A stretch of DNA of 64,000 nucleotides from the NCBI GenBank assembly GCA_963664875.1, contig OY761611.1, positions 896,001 to 960,000 of the forward strand, written 5' to 3'. Below are positions 1-10,265 of the stretch, piece by piece. This DNA is from Candidatus Kapaibacterium sp. GTDB lineage: Bacteria > Bacteroidota > Ignavibacteria > Kapaibacteriales > UBA2268. Numbering within the stretch: the first letter of the stretch is position 1; each line of letters starts with the position of its first letter. The translations under genes were made by a program, and so were the position numbers. The notes under the pieces are model-generated. The model saw only the letters and a program-made list of their open reading frames with translations. It had not been told where the DNA came from and did not search any database.

Positions 1-1
1 C

Positions 2-322
2 GGAACTATCAAACTTCCTGAAGAAAATGCAGCTAAGTCAGGTAAGATTTTGTTTATGGGCACTTCCAATCTAAAAAATGATTCGGTTTTCTCTGAAGTA
101 CAAGAACACATTAGTTCTGTTTCTGATATGTTCGGAAAAGAATTTCTGGGGTCTATCACAAGAACAAATGCCCGAGCTATTACTACTTTGGATGAGATGA
201 AAGATGTACTTGATTCCATTTTAGAAGAATGCAGCAATGCCGGAAGAGATTTAGTAGAATTTGGTCAAATCCAAAACTCTACTTTACAAAATATTGCACA
301 AAGCATCAAGGTTGCTATCTAA
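2..322 (+). CDS. hypothetical protein, 5' partial
   Basis: Frame is open from position 2 (GTIKLPEENAAKSGKILFMG...) to TAA at 320-322; followed by a terminator; no family recognised. Confidence 0.6.
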   Translation, partial: GTIKLPEENAAKSGKILFMGTSNLKNDSVFSEVQEHISSVSDMFGKEFLGSITRTNARAITTLDEMKDVLDSILEECSNAGRDLVEFGQIQNSTLQNIAQSIKVAI

Positions 323-341
323 AAGACGTTAAAAAAAAGTA

Positions 342-381
342 AAAAAGCATAGTAAGTATATCTTTATTTACTATGCTTTTT
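342..381. terminator. bidirectional intrinsic terminator
   Basis: aaaaagcatagtaa...ttactatgcttttt inverted repeat between convergent genes. Confidence 0.75.
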
Positions 382-406
382 GCTTTATTACCTACGACTG
401 TACATT

Positions 407-2284
407 TTACTTTTTCAATAAATACTCTACTCTATCAAGCACATCAGCCATAAATTGCTTATCACCTGAAAAGCCTTGTATTTTGAATTTAAGATTGCCC
501 TCTTTTCCAAAAATTAGTGTCATTGGTAAACCACTTATGCCTGCATTTTTGGGAATAAAAGCAGCTTCATCAGTTAATACAGGAAAATCAACTTCTGCTT
601 CATTTAGAAAATTGTTCAAATCTGTTTCTTGATCTGTGCGTTCCCAGATATTTACAGAAAGAATTATAATATCGTCGCTTTCTTTATAAACATCATACAA
701 GTCATTATAAATCGGGAACATTGTCTGACAAGGACCACACCAAGACGACCAAAGTAATGCAACGACTACCGATCCCTTCATATCTGAAAGATCTACAAAT
801 TTCCCGTCTAAAGTTTTTAAACTTCCGGCATTTATAGTATTATCTAATTCATAGCTACTAAGAGTTTTCATGCGGGTATCTTTGTTTTTCAGTAACAAAT
901 TGTCAAGATACGTGGCAAACTCAGCATCTGATTTAGAGTTTATAGTAGTATATTTTTCTTTGAATTTTTCTTCTAGTTTATCTGTCAGTATTATATGTGT
1001 AGCTGCTGATTCAAGTACAAGCAATCCTTCATTCATTTTGTTCAGTTCGAATAAAGACAGTGCATATAGCTCATAAAATTGAGCATCATATTGCTGGTTG
1101 CTATCCCATACTCTATCAAAAAATTCTATTGCCTTTGTATAGTTTTGCTCAGCAACGTACGACTTGGCAAGAGTAAAATTATAGCTCAAAGATAAGTTTT
1201 TGATAGCTTTATCTTTTTCTTGCGGTGAGCAGTATTTAGGCATTACCTGATCTGACAATAAATCTGATTCTATTGAAGCAAGTATGCTTCTTGCCTCTGA
1301 AACTCTAACTGCCAAATCTGCTTCTTTATAAGAATTGGGATCTTCAATAAGTCTGCCGGCGATTGCCAGCTTGACTAATGCAGGAACTCCTTCCAAACCG
1401 GAAAAAAGAGTCTTGAGATCTTGGTATTTGCCATTTTGCAGATAAGCTGATATCAAAGCATTAAATATCTTCAATCTTCCGTCAGATTTGGGGAACTGTT
1501 GAAAATATGATTTGGCTATATTAACAAACTCATCTCTTGAAGGTGCATTTGCTAATTTGATTAGCATTTTTTCTTCAGCCAATTTTGACTTCGGATGTTT
1601 AGTTACAAAAATCTGTTCCAACTTATCAGCAGCATCAGATTGGTTAATCATTTTAAAGGCTCTGCTTACTGATTTTACAGTAGCTTCATCATCTTTATCA
1701 AAATCTTTCTTCAAGATAGCTTCTAACTTAGAAGCAAACTCTTTTTGACCTATTTTTTTAATATCAAATAGCAGAGACAGCAAGCCTATCTCTGCCTGTA
1801 GATTATTCGGGTATTTTTTCAATTCTTCTCTGAAATAGCTCTCTGCTGCTGCATAATCAATATCTAAACGACATTGCTCGGGCAGACTTCCCATATAAAA
1901 AAGAGCTACACGTAAGTAATAGTTCTGTGGTATTTGCTGGTTTTGAGTCAAAAACAAAAAGAACTTTCGAAAGTTATTATCTGTTTTACCGTCTTCGGCA
2001 ACAACTTTGGAAATAACATAGTATGGTTTTTGGCTTAATAATAAATCTGCACTATATTTATCGGCATTGCCGGACAAGGTGCTCATAAATAACTCAGGAT
2101 TATCTTCTCCATCAAAAAAGACATAATTATATGCACTCAGATTTGAGCCGGAGTCGAAAAATCCTTTGGAATCATACTCAATTTTGAATCCTGAGTCGCC
2201 TTGAGGTACTAATTTCATATCACCTCCGGCAAAAACTGCCATCGGCAACACTATTGTCATAATTACAAACATTAAATATCGCAT
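407..2284 (-). CDS. exported TPR-like protein with C-terminal TlpA/ResA thioredoxin domain
   Basis: Signal peptide, helical repeats, C-terminal WSSWCGPC (CxxC) and GISGLP motif. Confidence 0.85.
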   Translation of the reverse strand: MRYLMFVIMTIVLPMAVFAGGDMKLVPQGDSGFKIEYDSKGFFDSGSNLSAYNYVFFDGEDNPELFMSTLSGNADKYSADLLLSQKPYYVISKVVAEDGKTDNNFRKFFLFLTQNQQIPQNYYLRVALFYMGSLPEQCRLDIDYAAAESYFREELKKYPNNLQAEIGLLSLLFDIKKIGQKEFASKLEAILKKDFDKDDEATVKSVSRAFKMINQSDAADKLEQIFVTKHPKSKLAEEKMLIKLANAPSRDEFVNIAKSYFQQFPKSDGRLKIFNALISAYLQNGKYQDLKTLFSGLEGVPALVKLAIAGRLIEDPNSYKEADLAVRVSEARSILASIESDLLSDQVMPKYCSPQEKDKAIKNLSLSYNFTLAKSYVAEQNYTKAIEFFDRVWDSNQQYDAQFYELYALSLFELNKMNEGLLVLESAATHIILTDKLEEKFKEKYTTINSKSDAEFATYLDNLLLKNKDTRMKTLSSYELDNTINAGSLKTLDGKFVDLSDMKGSVVVALLWSSWCGPCQTMFPIYNDLYDVYKESDDIIILSVNIWERTDQETDLNNFLNEAEVDFPVLTDEAAFIPKNAGISGLPMTLIFGKEGNLKFKIQGFSGDKQFMADVLDRVEYLLKK

Positions 2285-2307
2285 CGGTACCTCCTATCAC
2301 CATTTAA

Positions 2308-3144
2308 TTACAAATTTTCTAATCTGGAAAGTTCTGAAATAAGAAAATCTACTGCTTCATCAGGTGTATTCGCATAGTGGAATAAATCTAAATCAGATTT
2401 ACTTATCATACCCATATCAAGGAAGTAATCGAAATCTATCAGATTTTGCCAAAACACCTTTGGATATAATAATACGGGCACCGGGCGAGTAAGTTTCTTT
2501 GTTTGTATCAAAGTCAAATTTTCAAACAGTTCATCCATAGTGCCAAAACCACCCGGCATAGCAACCAATGCTTTGGCGAGATTGACAAACCAGAACTTTC
2601 GCATGAAGAAATAATGGAACTCAAAATTAAGCGATGGAGTAATATATTGATTTGGTTCCTGTTCGAAAGGTAGGCTAATATTTAAACCGATTGAGTTACA
2701 ACCCGCTCTTTGAGCACCTTTGTTTGCAGCTTCCATCATGCCGGGGCCACCGCCTGTACAAATATCAAAACGCTTTTCCTGAGGCAAACCAATAGACCAC
2801 TTCCCAAAACGATAAGCAATCTCTTCACATTCATCATAATATTTACTTATTTGTTTTTTCTTCTGATGAAATTCAATCTTCTTTTGTAAAGCTATCTTTT
2901 CGTCTCCGGATGCAATAGCAAGTTGCTCTTGTAGTGATTTATCCATAGCATGCCAGTCGGCTGTAGAAACTGACCTGGCAGAACCATAAAACACAACTAC
3001 GCGGTTCACATTGTGCGAGTTGAAATACTGTTCCGGGTACAAATACTCTGATAAAATTCTAATTGTTCTGCCGTCATGACTGTGCATAAACTCTTTATTG
3101 TCATAAGCTTTATCAGCTTTACCAAGTCTTTTTTCCGTTTCCAT
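2308..3144 (-). CDS. LOG family protein (TIGR00730-like Rossmann fold)
   Basis: TGGGPGMMEAANKGA, FHYFFMRKFWF and PGGFGTMDE motifs. Confidence 0.9.
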   Translation of the reverse strand: METEKRLGKADKAYDNKEFMHSHDGRTIRILSEYLYPEQYFNSHNVNRVVVFYGSARSVSTADWHAMDKSLQEQLAIASGDEKIALQKKIEFHQKKKQISKYYDECEEIAYRFGKWSIGLPQEKRFDICTGGGPGMMEAANKGAQRAGCNSIGLNISLPFEQEPNQYITPSLNFEFHYFFMRKFWFVNLAKALVAMPGGFGTMDELFENLTLIQTKKLTRPVPVLLYPKVFWQNLIDFDYFLDMGMISKSDLDLFHYANTPDEAVDFLISELSRLENL

Positions 3145-3170
3145 TTTACATTTTCCTTTCTCTGATTCTA

Positions 3171-3890
3171 TTATATTAAGTTAAAACCACCGTCCACAAT
3201 TATATTTTGTCCGGTAATGTAATCTGTACAATTTGCAAAAAAATCTACAATTTCAAATATATCCTGAGCATTTCCATGCCTTAGCATAGGGATTCGCTCA
3301 GCACTAATATATGGGCTATCTTCATAAGTCGAAGCTTGAGATAAATCAAGCGAACCGGGCGATATGCAATTAACTGAGACACTCGGTGCCATATTTCGAG
3401 CCATTGCTTTTGTTAGAGTAACCAATCCAGATTTTGAGACATTATACTGAATTTTATTATCCCATATTTCTACACCACCCAAAGAGGCTATATTGATTAT
3501 TCTACCTCTTTTATTATTTAATTTCAGCGAAGTATAGTAAGCCTTCGAGATAAAAAAGTGTCCTTTGAGATTAACATCAAAGGCTGTATCCCAATCTTCT
3601 TCTGAAATATCTTCTACTTTCTTTGCCGGAGGGAAAATTCCTGAATTATTTATCAGTACATCAGGCAATCCAAAAAAGTTTTCTGCTTGATTATACGCTT
3701 CTTCTATGCTATTAGTTTCTCTCAAATTGCAATGGATAGCTTTAGTGCCGAGTAGTTTCTTTTCTAACTCTGAGGCAGACAAGACGGAAGTATTATAAAA
3801 AAAGCAGACCTGATGACCCTTTTCATGAAATTTTTCCACTAACGCTGCACCTAATCGTTTAGCCCCACCGGTAATCAGTATTTTTTTCAT
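3171..3890 (-). CDS. SDR oxidoreductase, pteridine reductase/FolM-like
   Basis: TGGAKRLG, NNSG, YxxSK (YNVSK), ITGQNIIVDGG. Confidence 0.88.
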   Translation of the reverse strand: MKKILITGGAKRLGAALVEKFHEKGHQVCFFYNTSVLSASELEKKLLGTKAIHCNLRETNSIEEAYNQAENFFGLPDVLINNSGIFPPAKKVEDISEEDWDTAFDVNLKGHFFISKAYYTSLKLNNKRGRIINIASLGGVEIWDNKIQYNVSKSGLVTLTKAMARNMAPSVSVNCISPGSLDLSQASTYEDSPYISAERIPMLRHGNAQDIFEIVDFFANCTDYITGQNIIVDGGFNLI

Positions 3891-4109
3891 GTATGCTTGA
3901 ATATTTATTATTGTGTAAATTCCAATATAAGAAAAATATGCTTACGTATTAAATATAACATAGTTCATACAGATGCAAAATTATATATCTGTTTTATATC
4001 ATTTGTTTTAAACATTAACTGCAAAATATTGCCTTAAACAGGCGATTTATGTGGAAAACAATTTTTTTAAGCCTATAAATTTTTTGTTTTTTTATTCGGA
4101 ATAAATGCT

Positions 4110-4117
4110 TACTTTTG
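4110..4117 (+). promoter_or_regulatory. Bacteroidota-type -7 promoter box for the tRNA cluster
   Basis: TACTTTTG matches TAnnTTTG, 36 nt upstream of tRNA-Ala. Confidence 0.5.
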
Positions 4118-4153
4118 AATTCTCTTTTGAGAGCCAACAGCTAAAAGGATTTA

Positions 4154-4226
<73 letters not shown>

Positions 4227-4253
4227 CTCAAAAGAGAAAAAAGTTGATATCAT

Positions 4254-4328
4254 GGAGCTGTAGCTCAGTTTGGTTAGAGCGCCTGCCTGTCACGCAGGAG
4301 GCCGCGAGTTCGAGTCTCGTCAGCTCCG
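4254..4328 (+). tRNA. tRNA-Asp(GTC) copy 1
   Basis: Acceptor ggagctg/cagctcc; anticodon arm cctgc-ctGTCac-gcagg. Confidence 0.95.
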
Positions 4329-4360
4329 CTTCTTTGATATATTTTTTGCTTTTTTGTGTT

Positions 4361-4435
4361 GGAGCTGTAGCTCAGTTTGGTTAGAGCGCCTGCCTGTCAC
4401 GCAGGAGGCCGCGAGTTCGAGTCTCGTCAGCTCCG
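4361..4435 (+). tRNA. tRNA-Asp(GTC) copy 2
   Basis: Identical to copy 1. Confidence 0.95.
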
Positions 4436-4467
4436 CTCTTTGATATATTTTTTGCTTTTTTGTGTTT

Positions 4468-4542
4468 GGAGCTGTAGCTCAGTTTGGTTAGAGCGCCTGC
4501 CTGTCACGCAGGAGGCCGCGAGTTCGAGTCTCGTCAGCTCCG
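4468..4542 (+). tRNA. tRNA-Asp(GTC) copy 3
   Basis: Identical to copy 1. Confidence 0.95.
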
Positions 4543-4574
4543 CTCCTTGATATATTTTTTGCTTTTTTGTGTTT

Positions 4575-4649
4575 GGAGCTGTAGCTCAGTTTGGTTAGAG
4601 CGCCTGCCTGTCACGCAGGAGGCCGCGAGTTCGAGTCTCGTCAGCTCCG
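4575..4649 (+). tRNA. tRNA-Asp(GTC) copy 4
   Basis: Identical to copy 1. Confidence 0.95.
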
Positions 4650-4680
4650 CTCCTTGAAATATTTTTTGCTTTTTTGTGTT

Positions 4681-4755
4681 GGAGCTGTAGCTCAGTTTGG
4701 TTAGAGCGCCTGCCTGTCACGCAGGAGGCCGCGAGTTCGAGTCTCGTCAGCTCCG
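4681..4755 (+). tRNA. tRNA-Asp(GTC) copy 5
   Basis: Identical to copy 1. Confidence 0.95.
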
Positions 4756-4774
4756 CTTCAAACAGTAATTTCTT

Positions 4775-4808
4775 AGACATAATTCTTCAGAGTTATGTCT
4801 TTTTTTTT
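4775..4808 (+). terminator. intrinsic terminator of the tRNA cluster
   Basis: agacataa...ttatgtct stem followed by T tract. Confidence 0.8.
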
Positions 4809-4905
4809 ATCTGATTTGCTTTTTTACTCTAGGTATATAAATCTTTTATTGGCACTGCTTACATTTAAATCCGTATTGCAGCTAAAGAAATACTCCAATG
4901 GATAA

Positions 4906-6783
4906 TTATATATAAATATATGCCCCAATTGAAATTTCTCTTCCGAGCAGCGGTAGATTGTTTATTCCGGGGATGCTTTTATCAAATAAATTTTTGACTG
5001 TAATTTTACCTTTCATGTTCTTAATTATGGATATTTCTGCTGCAGCGTGGTGTAGCATTATGCTGCTTAGATTGTTATAATTCGAAAAGTAGTCAAAACT
5101 ATAGGATAAACCAACATAGCTTAAAGGTAGGATTGTTAAAGTAGATTTAAACATATCTTTGGGTACAAAGCTTTCTATTGTCTCTTTGTATTCTTTAGTC
5201 ATGTCTTGAGATTCTATAATCATCGAATAAGAAGAAGAAATACCGAAGTATTTGTGTTCATAATCAAATTCAAACTCAATACCTTGCAGATTTACTTCGC
5301 CATTGTTTACATAAACAGTCTGAAATAAAGATTTGTATAATGGAAAGATGTAGTTTTTGAAACTATTTGCAAAATAGTTTGCTCCTATGCTAAAATATTC
5401 GGGCTGATACCTCACCCCTACTTCATAATATTGTTTCTCTTCAGGTTCCAACGCTAATAATACCTGAATCGAATCGGAAAAGACACTCTCATATTCGTTG
5501 ATATATGGGATGCGTACTCCTCTTCCAAGGCTTGCCGATAGGCTTAGATTTTGCTTCAAATCAAATTGTATTCCAAAATCGTACGTTACATGATTTGTCT
5601 TGCCCGGAGTTCTTTTAGTGGCTATCCGCATGGGGTTATTAATCAAAAAACCTAAACTATAGATAAAACTAATACTGTTTTTTATAAGATAACTTTGCTT
5701 TGCATTGAATTGTAAACGCTCTGTTTCATTTTTGTCTTTTTCAGAATCAATTTTATTTCTGACATCCGTAATATCTTTTCTATAGTTCAAGCTAACATAG
5801 ACCGGGGGTAATACTGTATTGAATATGATATAGTCTGTCTCAATTCCGTAAGAGTATGATTTTATATTTCGGATTCCAAAAAGTTCTTTAACTAAAAACT
5901 GCATCTCTTTGTCGTAATAGAAATTCAAACTTTTGTTTTCAGTGTTGAAGTAGATGTTTCCCTCAAGATAGATATTATCTAACAAATAAGTTTCATAGCT
6001 TAGTTTAGAAAACAAACGATTGTCGTTTGGAATTTTTCCGAAGTATTCTGAATAACTATCTACGGGCAAATTTCTTTTACTATTGGAGAGTGCCATCAGA
6101 AAACCAAGTCTGGAGTATTTGTTTTCGAATCCGAAATCCAAAATCGCACCATTTGTACTCGCAGTCGAATTATTAAGAGTATATCTGTCTCTAAGCGAGT
6201 CTTTTGATAAGGGGTAGTCAGGACGGGCATTGAAAATCAATCCGGCATTCCAGTAGAATTCCCCAAGTTTACCGCCTGTATTTAGCAAGCCGAAACCATT
6301 ACTATTCCCACCGCTTATAAGTGCCTGAAGTGCAAATTTATTTTCTGTCTCAGGTAAGATTAGATTTATTTCCGAACCTGTATTAGAAAAAGACTTTTTA
6401 TTTGAAGAACTATAATCTATATACATCACATCAAATAGCCCTAAACCAAGTAATTCATTAGGGATTGTGCCATTGTAAGGACTATTGAGCACAACGTTAT
6501 CCAAGAATACATTAGTTCTTTTATTACTTATTCCTCTTATTGAGTATTCGAATGTGTTGTATTCAGAAATATATGAATAGACAGACGGCAGCCGCTGCAA
6601 TCTGTCAATAATTGTATTGCTCGAATTTACAGTAATGAGTGAATCTATCTTTTTGTGATTGCTTGATGACATATCATAAAAATCGTCAAAGACATCTATT
6701 TTCACATCAAGCTGTGCACTTAAACGAATAACAGAGCAACAAAGCACTGCGAATAGACTCAATATGTATTTCAGTTTACTCAT
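4906..6783 (-). CDS. TonB-dependent receptor-like outer membrane protein
   Basis: Signal peptide, plug-like YSIRG...VFLDNV, beta-strand pattern, C-terminal KNLFDK...GREISIGAYIYI. Confidence 0.8.
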   Translation of the reverse strand: MSKLKYILSLFAVLCCSVIRLSAQLDVKIDVFDDFYDMSSSNHKKIDSLITVNSSNTIIDRLQRLPSVYSYISEYNTFEYSIRGISNKRTNVFLDNVVLNSPYNGTIPNELLGLGLFDVMYIDYSSSNKKSFSNTGSEINLILPETENKFALQALISGGNSNGFGLLNTGGKLGEFYWNAGLIFNARPDYPLSKDSLRDRYTLNNSTASTNGAILDFGFENKYSRLGFLMALSNSKRNLPVDSYSEYFGKIPNDNRLFSKLSYETYLLDNIYLEGNIYFNTENKSLNFYYDKEMQFLVKELFGIRNIKSYSYGIETDYIIFNTVLPPVYVSLNYRKDITDVRNKIDSEKDKNETERLQFNAKQSYLIKNSISFIYSLGFLINNPMRIATKRTPGKTNHVTYDFGIQFDLKQNLSLSASLGRGVRIPYINEYESVFSDSIQVLLALEPEEKQYYEVGVRYQPEYFSIGANYFANSFKNYIFPLYKSLFQTVYVNNGEVNLQGIEFEFDYEHKYFGISSSYSMIIESQDMTKEYKETIESFVPKDMFKSTLTILPLSYVGLSYSFDYFSNYNNLSSIMLHHAAAEISIIKNMKGKITVKNLFDKSIPGINNLPLLGREISIGAYIYI

Positions 6784-6922
6784 AACTACAAAATAATAAA
6801 TTTTTTGCCTTTACGAATACTCCTTATTATCATTTAGATAAAAACTTACTAAATTGAATCATATTATATGCATCATATTGTGCCCATAGCTAATCTAATC
6901 CTTCATGGCTATAAGACAGTAC

Positions 6923-6977
6923 AAAAAAAAGCTTGCAAAACTATAAAAATGTTTTAACCATTTTTGTTTATGCAAGC
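6923..6977 (-). terminator. intrinsic terminator after the ABC permease operon
   Basis: gcttgca...tgcaagc stem with internal pairing and T8 tract on the minus strand. Confidence 0.65.
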
Positions 6978-7045
6978 CTTTAATATTTTATATTTTTTGA
7001 TTTAGATAATCTGACTTTTGTTTCTTACTTTTTTGATGATGATAT

Positions 7046-8275
7046 CTATTCGTATCTAAGTGCATCTATAGGATCTAATTTTGCAGCTTTAAATGCAGGA
7101 TAAACACCAAACACAACACCAAGTAATGTACAAATAGCAACAGAAAATACTATCCATAAAACCGGTATTGTGAGATCCATTCCCATCATCGAACCAAAAA
7201 CATTACCGACAACAACTCCGAGAACAATGCCTATAAAACCACCCAACTGAGCAAGGGTAACGGTTTCTATAAGAAATTGGATAACAATATTAAAGCTTTT
7301 CGCTCCGACTGCTTTTCTGATGCCGATTTCTTTTGTTCTTTCTTTAACAGAAATAAGCATTATGTTCATAATCCCAACACCTGCTGCAAGAAGAGAAATA
7401 CCTCCGGTAACCCAACCAAAGATACTTAAATAACCTGTAAGCGAGCCAAATTGTTCTCCCATAGCCTCATTTGATTCAATTTCAAAATCATTTTCTTCCC
7501 ATGGCTTAACATTTCTGATTGAACGCATTATTCCAATAGCTTCATCCATAGTTTCATCTATTTGATTTTTGGAAGGTGCCCTAAGTTGAATAGTTAAGGA
7601 TTCGTCCCACCAAGAAGCATAATATTTCAGAAATTGAGTTACAGGAATAATTGCTCGGTTGTCCTGGCTCTGCCCCATCATGGCGCCTTTAGCCTCAAGC
7701 AGCCCAATCACAGTAAACCTCTGTTTGTCGATTGTAATTTCTTTACCAATTACATTTCCTTCCGGAAAGAGTTTCACTTTAATATCGTTGCCAATAACTA
7801 CAACATTGCGTTTAAATCTAATATCGTCAGCAGAAAATTGCCTTCCGGCAACAAGATTATCGCTCATTATAGTAAAATAGTTTTCGTCAACTCCCATAAG
7901 GGAAACATCCGGGTTTGTTTCTTTATTGCCGGATTTTAAGACTTTTCCGGCACCTACAGAAAAAGCAGACATAATTTTGCTTAGTCGCATTGTTTCTTTG
8001 AAATCCTGGAACTGCTTGTAAGTAATTGCTTTTCTTCTGCTATATTTTCTCCATTCATCTCCAAAATGCATTGCCGGAGTTCTTTGAATAAAAATAGAAG
8101 TTTCACCTAATTGCTCTAACTGAGTATCTACAGTACTATTAAGAGATTCTATAAGCGAACCTACTGCCATCAGCGAGAAAACACCTATGGCAATACTCAA
8201 AAGAGTCAAAGAAGAGCGTAGTTTATTTTCTTTGACAGCATGCAATGCCATCAATATGCTTTGTAATACGTTCAT
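7046..8275 (-). CDS. MacB/FtsX-family ABC permease
   Basis: LRSSLTLLSIAIGV, GIMNIMLISVKERTKEIGIRKAVGA, KLDPIDALRYE. Confidence 0.93.
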   Translation of the reverse strand: MNVLQSILMALHAVKENKLRSSLTLLSIAIGVFSLMAVGSLIESLNSTVDTQLEQLGETSIFIQRTPAMHFGDEWRKYSRRKAITYKQFQDFKETMRLSKIMSAFSVGAGKVLKSGNKETNPDVSLMGVDENYFTIMSDNLVAGRQFSADDIRFKRNVVVIGNDIKVKLFPEGNVIGKEITIDKQRFTVIGLLEAKGAMMGQSQDNRAIIPVTQFLKYYASWWDESLTIQLRAPSKNQIDETMDEAIGIMRSIRNVKPWEENDFEIESNEAMGEQFGSLTGYLSIFGWVTGGISLLAAGVGIMNIMLISVKERTKEIGIRKAVGAKSFNIVIQFLIETVTLAQLGGFIGIVLGVVVGNVFGSMMGMDLTIPVLWIVFSVAICTLLGVVFGVYPAFKAAKLDPIDALRYE

Positions 8276-9532
8276 TTATTCGCTCCTCATTGCATCTACC
8301 GGATCTAATTTAGCTGCTCTGACTGCCGGTATCAATCCTGCTAACATACCAACAACAACAGACACCAATGTAGCCCAGAACAATAAATTGTAAGGTAAAG
8401 TTTTAGATAAAAATCCAAGTTTATCGCTGATTAGTTCAGGAAGATAGACTGCTGCAAAGTAGGCTATCACAGAACAAATAACGAAAGAAAGTATGGCTCC
8501 CATAAAACAGAGCAATGCGGATTCCATAATAAACTGCCATGCGATAGATGCCCTTTTTGCTCCTAAAGCTTTTCTAATTCCTATTTCTTTTGTACGCTCG
8601 ACTACAGAAACAAACATAATATTCATAATTCCTATAATCCCTACAACAAAAGACAATACTGTCAAGCCAATCCCAACCGACCATACTATTGTTCTCAATG
8701 AGGCAACCTGCTTTTCGAAAGCCTTTGTTTCATTTATAGAAAAGTCGTCGTCTTGATGAGGTTTCAAATCTCTGATACTCCTCATCACACCCCGAACTTC
8801 GTCGCGAACTGCATCTAAATTATCTACAGAACCGGCTTTAACACCAATTGAGATAGATCTGTCAAAATTTCCAAAAGTCTTCAAAAAGGCATTCATCGGA
8901 ATAAATACCTGATTGTCTATAAAATCAAAAAACATATTTCCTTGCTTTTTAATTACTCCAATCACTCTAAATTTATGACCATTGAGCTTAACAATAGTAC
9001 CTTCAGGATTTTTACCTTCAAAAATCTTTTCATAAATATTGTAACCGACAACTACAACGTTTGCTCCCTGCAAATCCTCAAATTGCGAGAAATGGCGACC
9101 TACAGTAATTTCACCTGCAGGGGAAAGAGATTGCTCATAGGTTGTGCCTAATATAGGAAAACCGGAATAATTCTCTCCTTCGTACACCATAGAGGCTCCC
9201 CACCGACGTGCAGTCGGGAAAATCAATTCTGCGTTTTTGACTTTAGCAGTAAATTCGTTGACTTGTTCGATAGTTATATTTTTTCTCTGTCTTATCTCAT
9301 CCCAATTCTTTCCGCCAGCCCAGTCAAATTTATCAATATATAGGACATCGGCTCCCATAATATTAAAAGTATCCTGCATAGCGGAATCTAAGCCGTCCAA
9401 AATCCAGCCCATAATAATCACAAACGAAATACCAATCAATACTCCTAAAGAAGCAAGAAAGGAACGCATTTTGCTTGCGAGCATCGCTTCTAATGATATT
9501 TTGAAGGCTTCGGATATTTCAGCAATTTTCAT
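8276..9532 (-). CDS. MacB/FtsX-family ABC permease (paralog)
   Basis: MRSFLASLGVLIG, GIMNIMFVSVVERTKEIGIRKALGA, KLDPVDAMRSE. Confidence 0.93.
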   Translation of the reverse strand: MKIAEISEAFKISLEAMLASKMRSFLASLGVLIGISFVIIMGWILDGLDSAMQDTFNIMGADVLYIDKFDWAGGKNWDEIRQRKNITIEQVNEFTAKVKNAELIFPTARRWGASMVYEGENYSGFPILGTTYEQSLSPAGEITVGRHFSQFEDLQGANVVVVGYNIYEKIFEGKNPEGTIVKLNGHKFRVIGVIKKQGNMFFDFIDNQVFIPMNAFLKTFGNFDRSISIGVKAGSVDNLDAVRDEVRGVMRSIRDLKPHQDDDFSINETKAFEKQVASLRTIVWSVGIGLTVLSFVVGIIGIMNIMFVSVVERTKEIGIRKALGAKRASIAWQFIMESALLCFMGAILSFVICSVIAYFAAVYLPELISDKLGFLSKTLPYNLLFWATLVSVVVGMLAGLIPAVRAAKLDPVDAMRSE

Positions 9533-9547
9533 ATTTTTCCTGATTGA

Positions 9548-10252
9548 TTATGCTATTACAGGTGCCGGGTTCTTCAAATCAGATTCGATTAAACCGTCTC
9601 TGATTTTAATAATTCTGTGAGCATGCTTTGCTATATCTTCTTCGTGGGTAACTAAGATTATTGTATTCCCACCTTTCCATAAATCTGCAAACAACTGCAT
9701 GATTTCTTCGCCGGTTTTAGTATCTAAGTTACCCGTAGGCTCATCAGCAAGTATTATTGAAGGATTATTGACAAGGGCACGGGCTATGGCAACACGCTGT
9801 CTCTGTCCGCCTGACAACTCATTTGGTTTATGAGTCATTCTGTCTTCCAGACCTACTTTTTTTAAAGCAAGTTTTGCCTTTTCCTGTCTTTCCGATGCAG
9901 AAATACCTGCATAAATCAAAGGCAACTCTACATTCTTCAATGATGTAGCACGAGGAAGAAGATTAAAAGTCTGGAAAACAAATCCGATTTTTCTATTACG
10001 AATATCAGCTAACTGATTATCATTCATTCTGCTCACATCGGCTTCTTCTATCGCATATCTACCACCTGTCGGCGTGTCTAAACATCCAAGAATATTCATG
10101 AGAGTTGATTTACCTGAACCGGAAGGTCCCATGATAGCTACATACTCATTTTCGTGGATATCAACCGAAACTTCGCGTAAAGCAAAAACCTTTTCGCTAC
10201 CCATCTTATAGACTTTAGCTACCTTATCAATTTCGATAATGCGTTTCTTCAT
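9548..10252 (-). CDS. ABC transporter ATP-binding protein (MacB/LolD-like)
   Basis: Walker [28 protein letters not shown]; start placed at MKKRIIEI. Confidence 0.95.
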   Translation of the reverse strand: MKKRIIEIDKVAKVYKMGSEKVFALREVSVDIHENEYVAIMGPSGSGKSTLMNILGCLDTPTGGRYAIEEADVSRMNDNQLADIRNRKIGFVFQTFNLLPRATSLKNVELPLIYAGISASERQEKAKLALKKVGLEDRMTHKPNELSGGQRQRVAIARALVNNPSIILADEPTGNLDTKTGEEIMQLFADLWKGGNTIILVTHEEDIAKHAHRIIKIRDGLIESDLKNPAPVIA

Positions 10253-10265
10253 GTCAGACCTATCC

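Larger units (their letters stand above)
4254..4755 (+). repeat. tandem repeat of a 106-107 bp unit (tRNA-Asp plus T-rich spacer), 5 tRNA copies
   Basis: Starts at 4254, 4361, 4468, 4575, 4681; spacers 31-32 nt with small differences. Confidence 0.95.

Noticed and set aside
4254-4755. CRISPR array interpretation of the regular repeat
   Set aside because: Repeats are complete 75-nt tRNA-Asp genes, spacers are near-identical rather than unique, and no cas genes are present
6784-7045. Cobalamin or TPP riboswitch upstream of the TonB-dependent receptor
   Set aside because: No B12-box or TPP consensus seen; only a terminator hairpin
7046-7048. Genome-wide TAG recoding to explain the in-frame tails
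   Set aside because: Conserved genes end at family-typical positions with TAG, e.g. the permease ending DPIDALRYE*
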